From an uncultured archaeon (GTDB taxonomy: Archaea > Asgardarchaeota > Heimdallarchaeia > Heimdallarchaeales > Heimdallarchaeaceae), in contig CAZJUB010000022.1 of assembly GCA_964549075.1 (NCBI GenBank), forward strand, positions 1 through 37,957: 37,957 nt of DNA, given 5' to 3'. The notes below the pieces were generated by a model. The model was not told the DNA's origin. It made no database searches and was given only the letters and a program-made list of their open reading frames with translations. The position numbers and the translations under genes were made by a program. Shown here one piece after another: positions 37,867 to 37,957 of this stretch (the first letter of the stretch is position 1; each line of letters starts with the position of its first letter).

Positions 37867-37957
37867 TTAACTTTTATGCACTACGGTGACATATTCTGGA
37901 GCTTGTTTTCTCTTCCCTAACATCCACATCCATCTTTTAAAATCTAGACTGAATGTT
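37867..37957 (-). CDS. Probable 3' end of a gene truncated by the window edge
   Basis: Open frame TFSLDFKRWMWMLGKRKQAPEYVTVVHKS* running off the edge. Confidence 0.4.
   Translation of the reverse strand, partial: TFSLDFKRWMWMLGKRKQAPEYVTVVHKS

Overview
AT-rich, gene-dense archaeal chromosome segment, most likely from an Asgard archaeon (inferred from a Ras/Rab-like GTPase fragment, a eukaryote-like E1/E2/RING/JAB/Ubl set, a PARP-type zinc finger, deoxyhypusine synthase, a histone, and AGGTGA/AGGAGG ribosome-binding sites). It begins with the 3' end of a small GTPase and a porG-D-A-B 2-oxoacid:ferredoxin oxidoreductase operon whose beta subunit carries a 368-aa LAGLIDADG intein in the TPP-binding motif. 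The middle (about 4.4-27.7 kb) is a mosaic of housekeeping and accessory genes, including a GT-C glycosyltransferase, an orphan adenine methyltransferase, a rhodanese, DHS, hydrolases, GNATs, an MFS transporter, an aminotransferase/Lrp pair, CorA and MscS. It also holds a membrane-protein gene split by one in-frame TAG, an unannotated 34-aa ORF with a tandem palindromic operator, and a GC-rich structured intergenic element. The highlight is a ~6.3 kb ubiquitin-like conjugation locus (27.8-34.1 kb): coiled-coil protein, E2, JAMM protease, polytopic membrane RING ligase, an apparent RING-less paralog of its membrane domain, a Lys-rich disordered protein, a Ubl ending in -Ala-Gly instead of Gly-Gly, and a Uba3-like E1. 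It looks like a membrane-associated, ERAD-like ubiquitylation system. The window ends with a cold-shock protein, hypotheticals, an alpha3-truncated histone and a DinB protein. No rRNA, tRNA, CRISPR array or transposase was recognised. All family calls come from motif recognition by eye; no database search was run.
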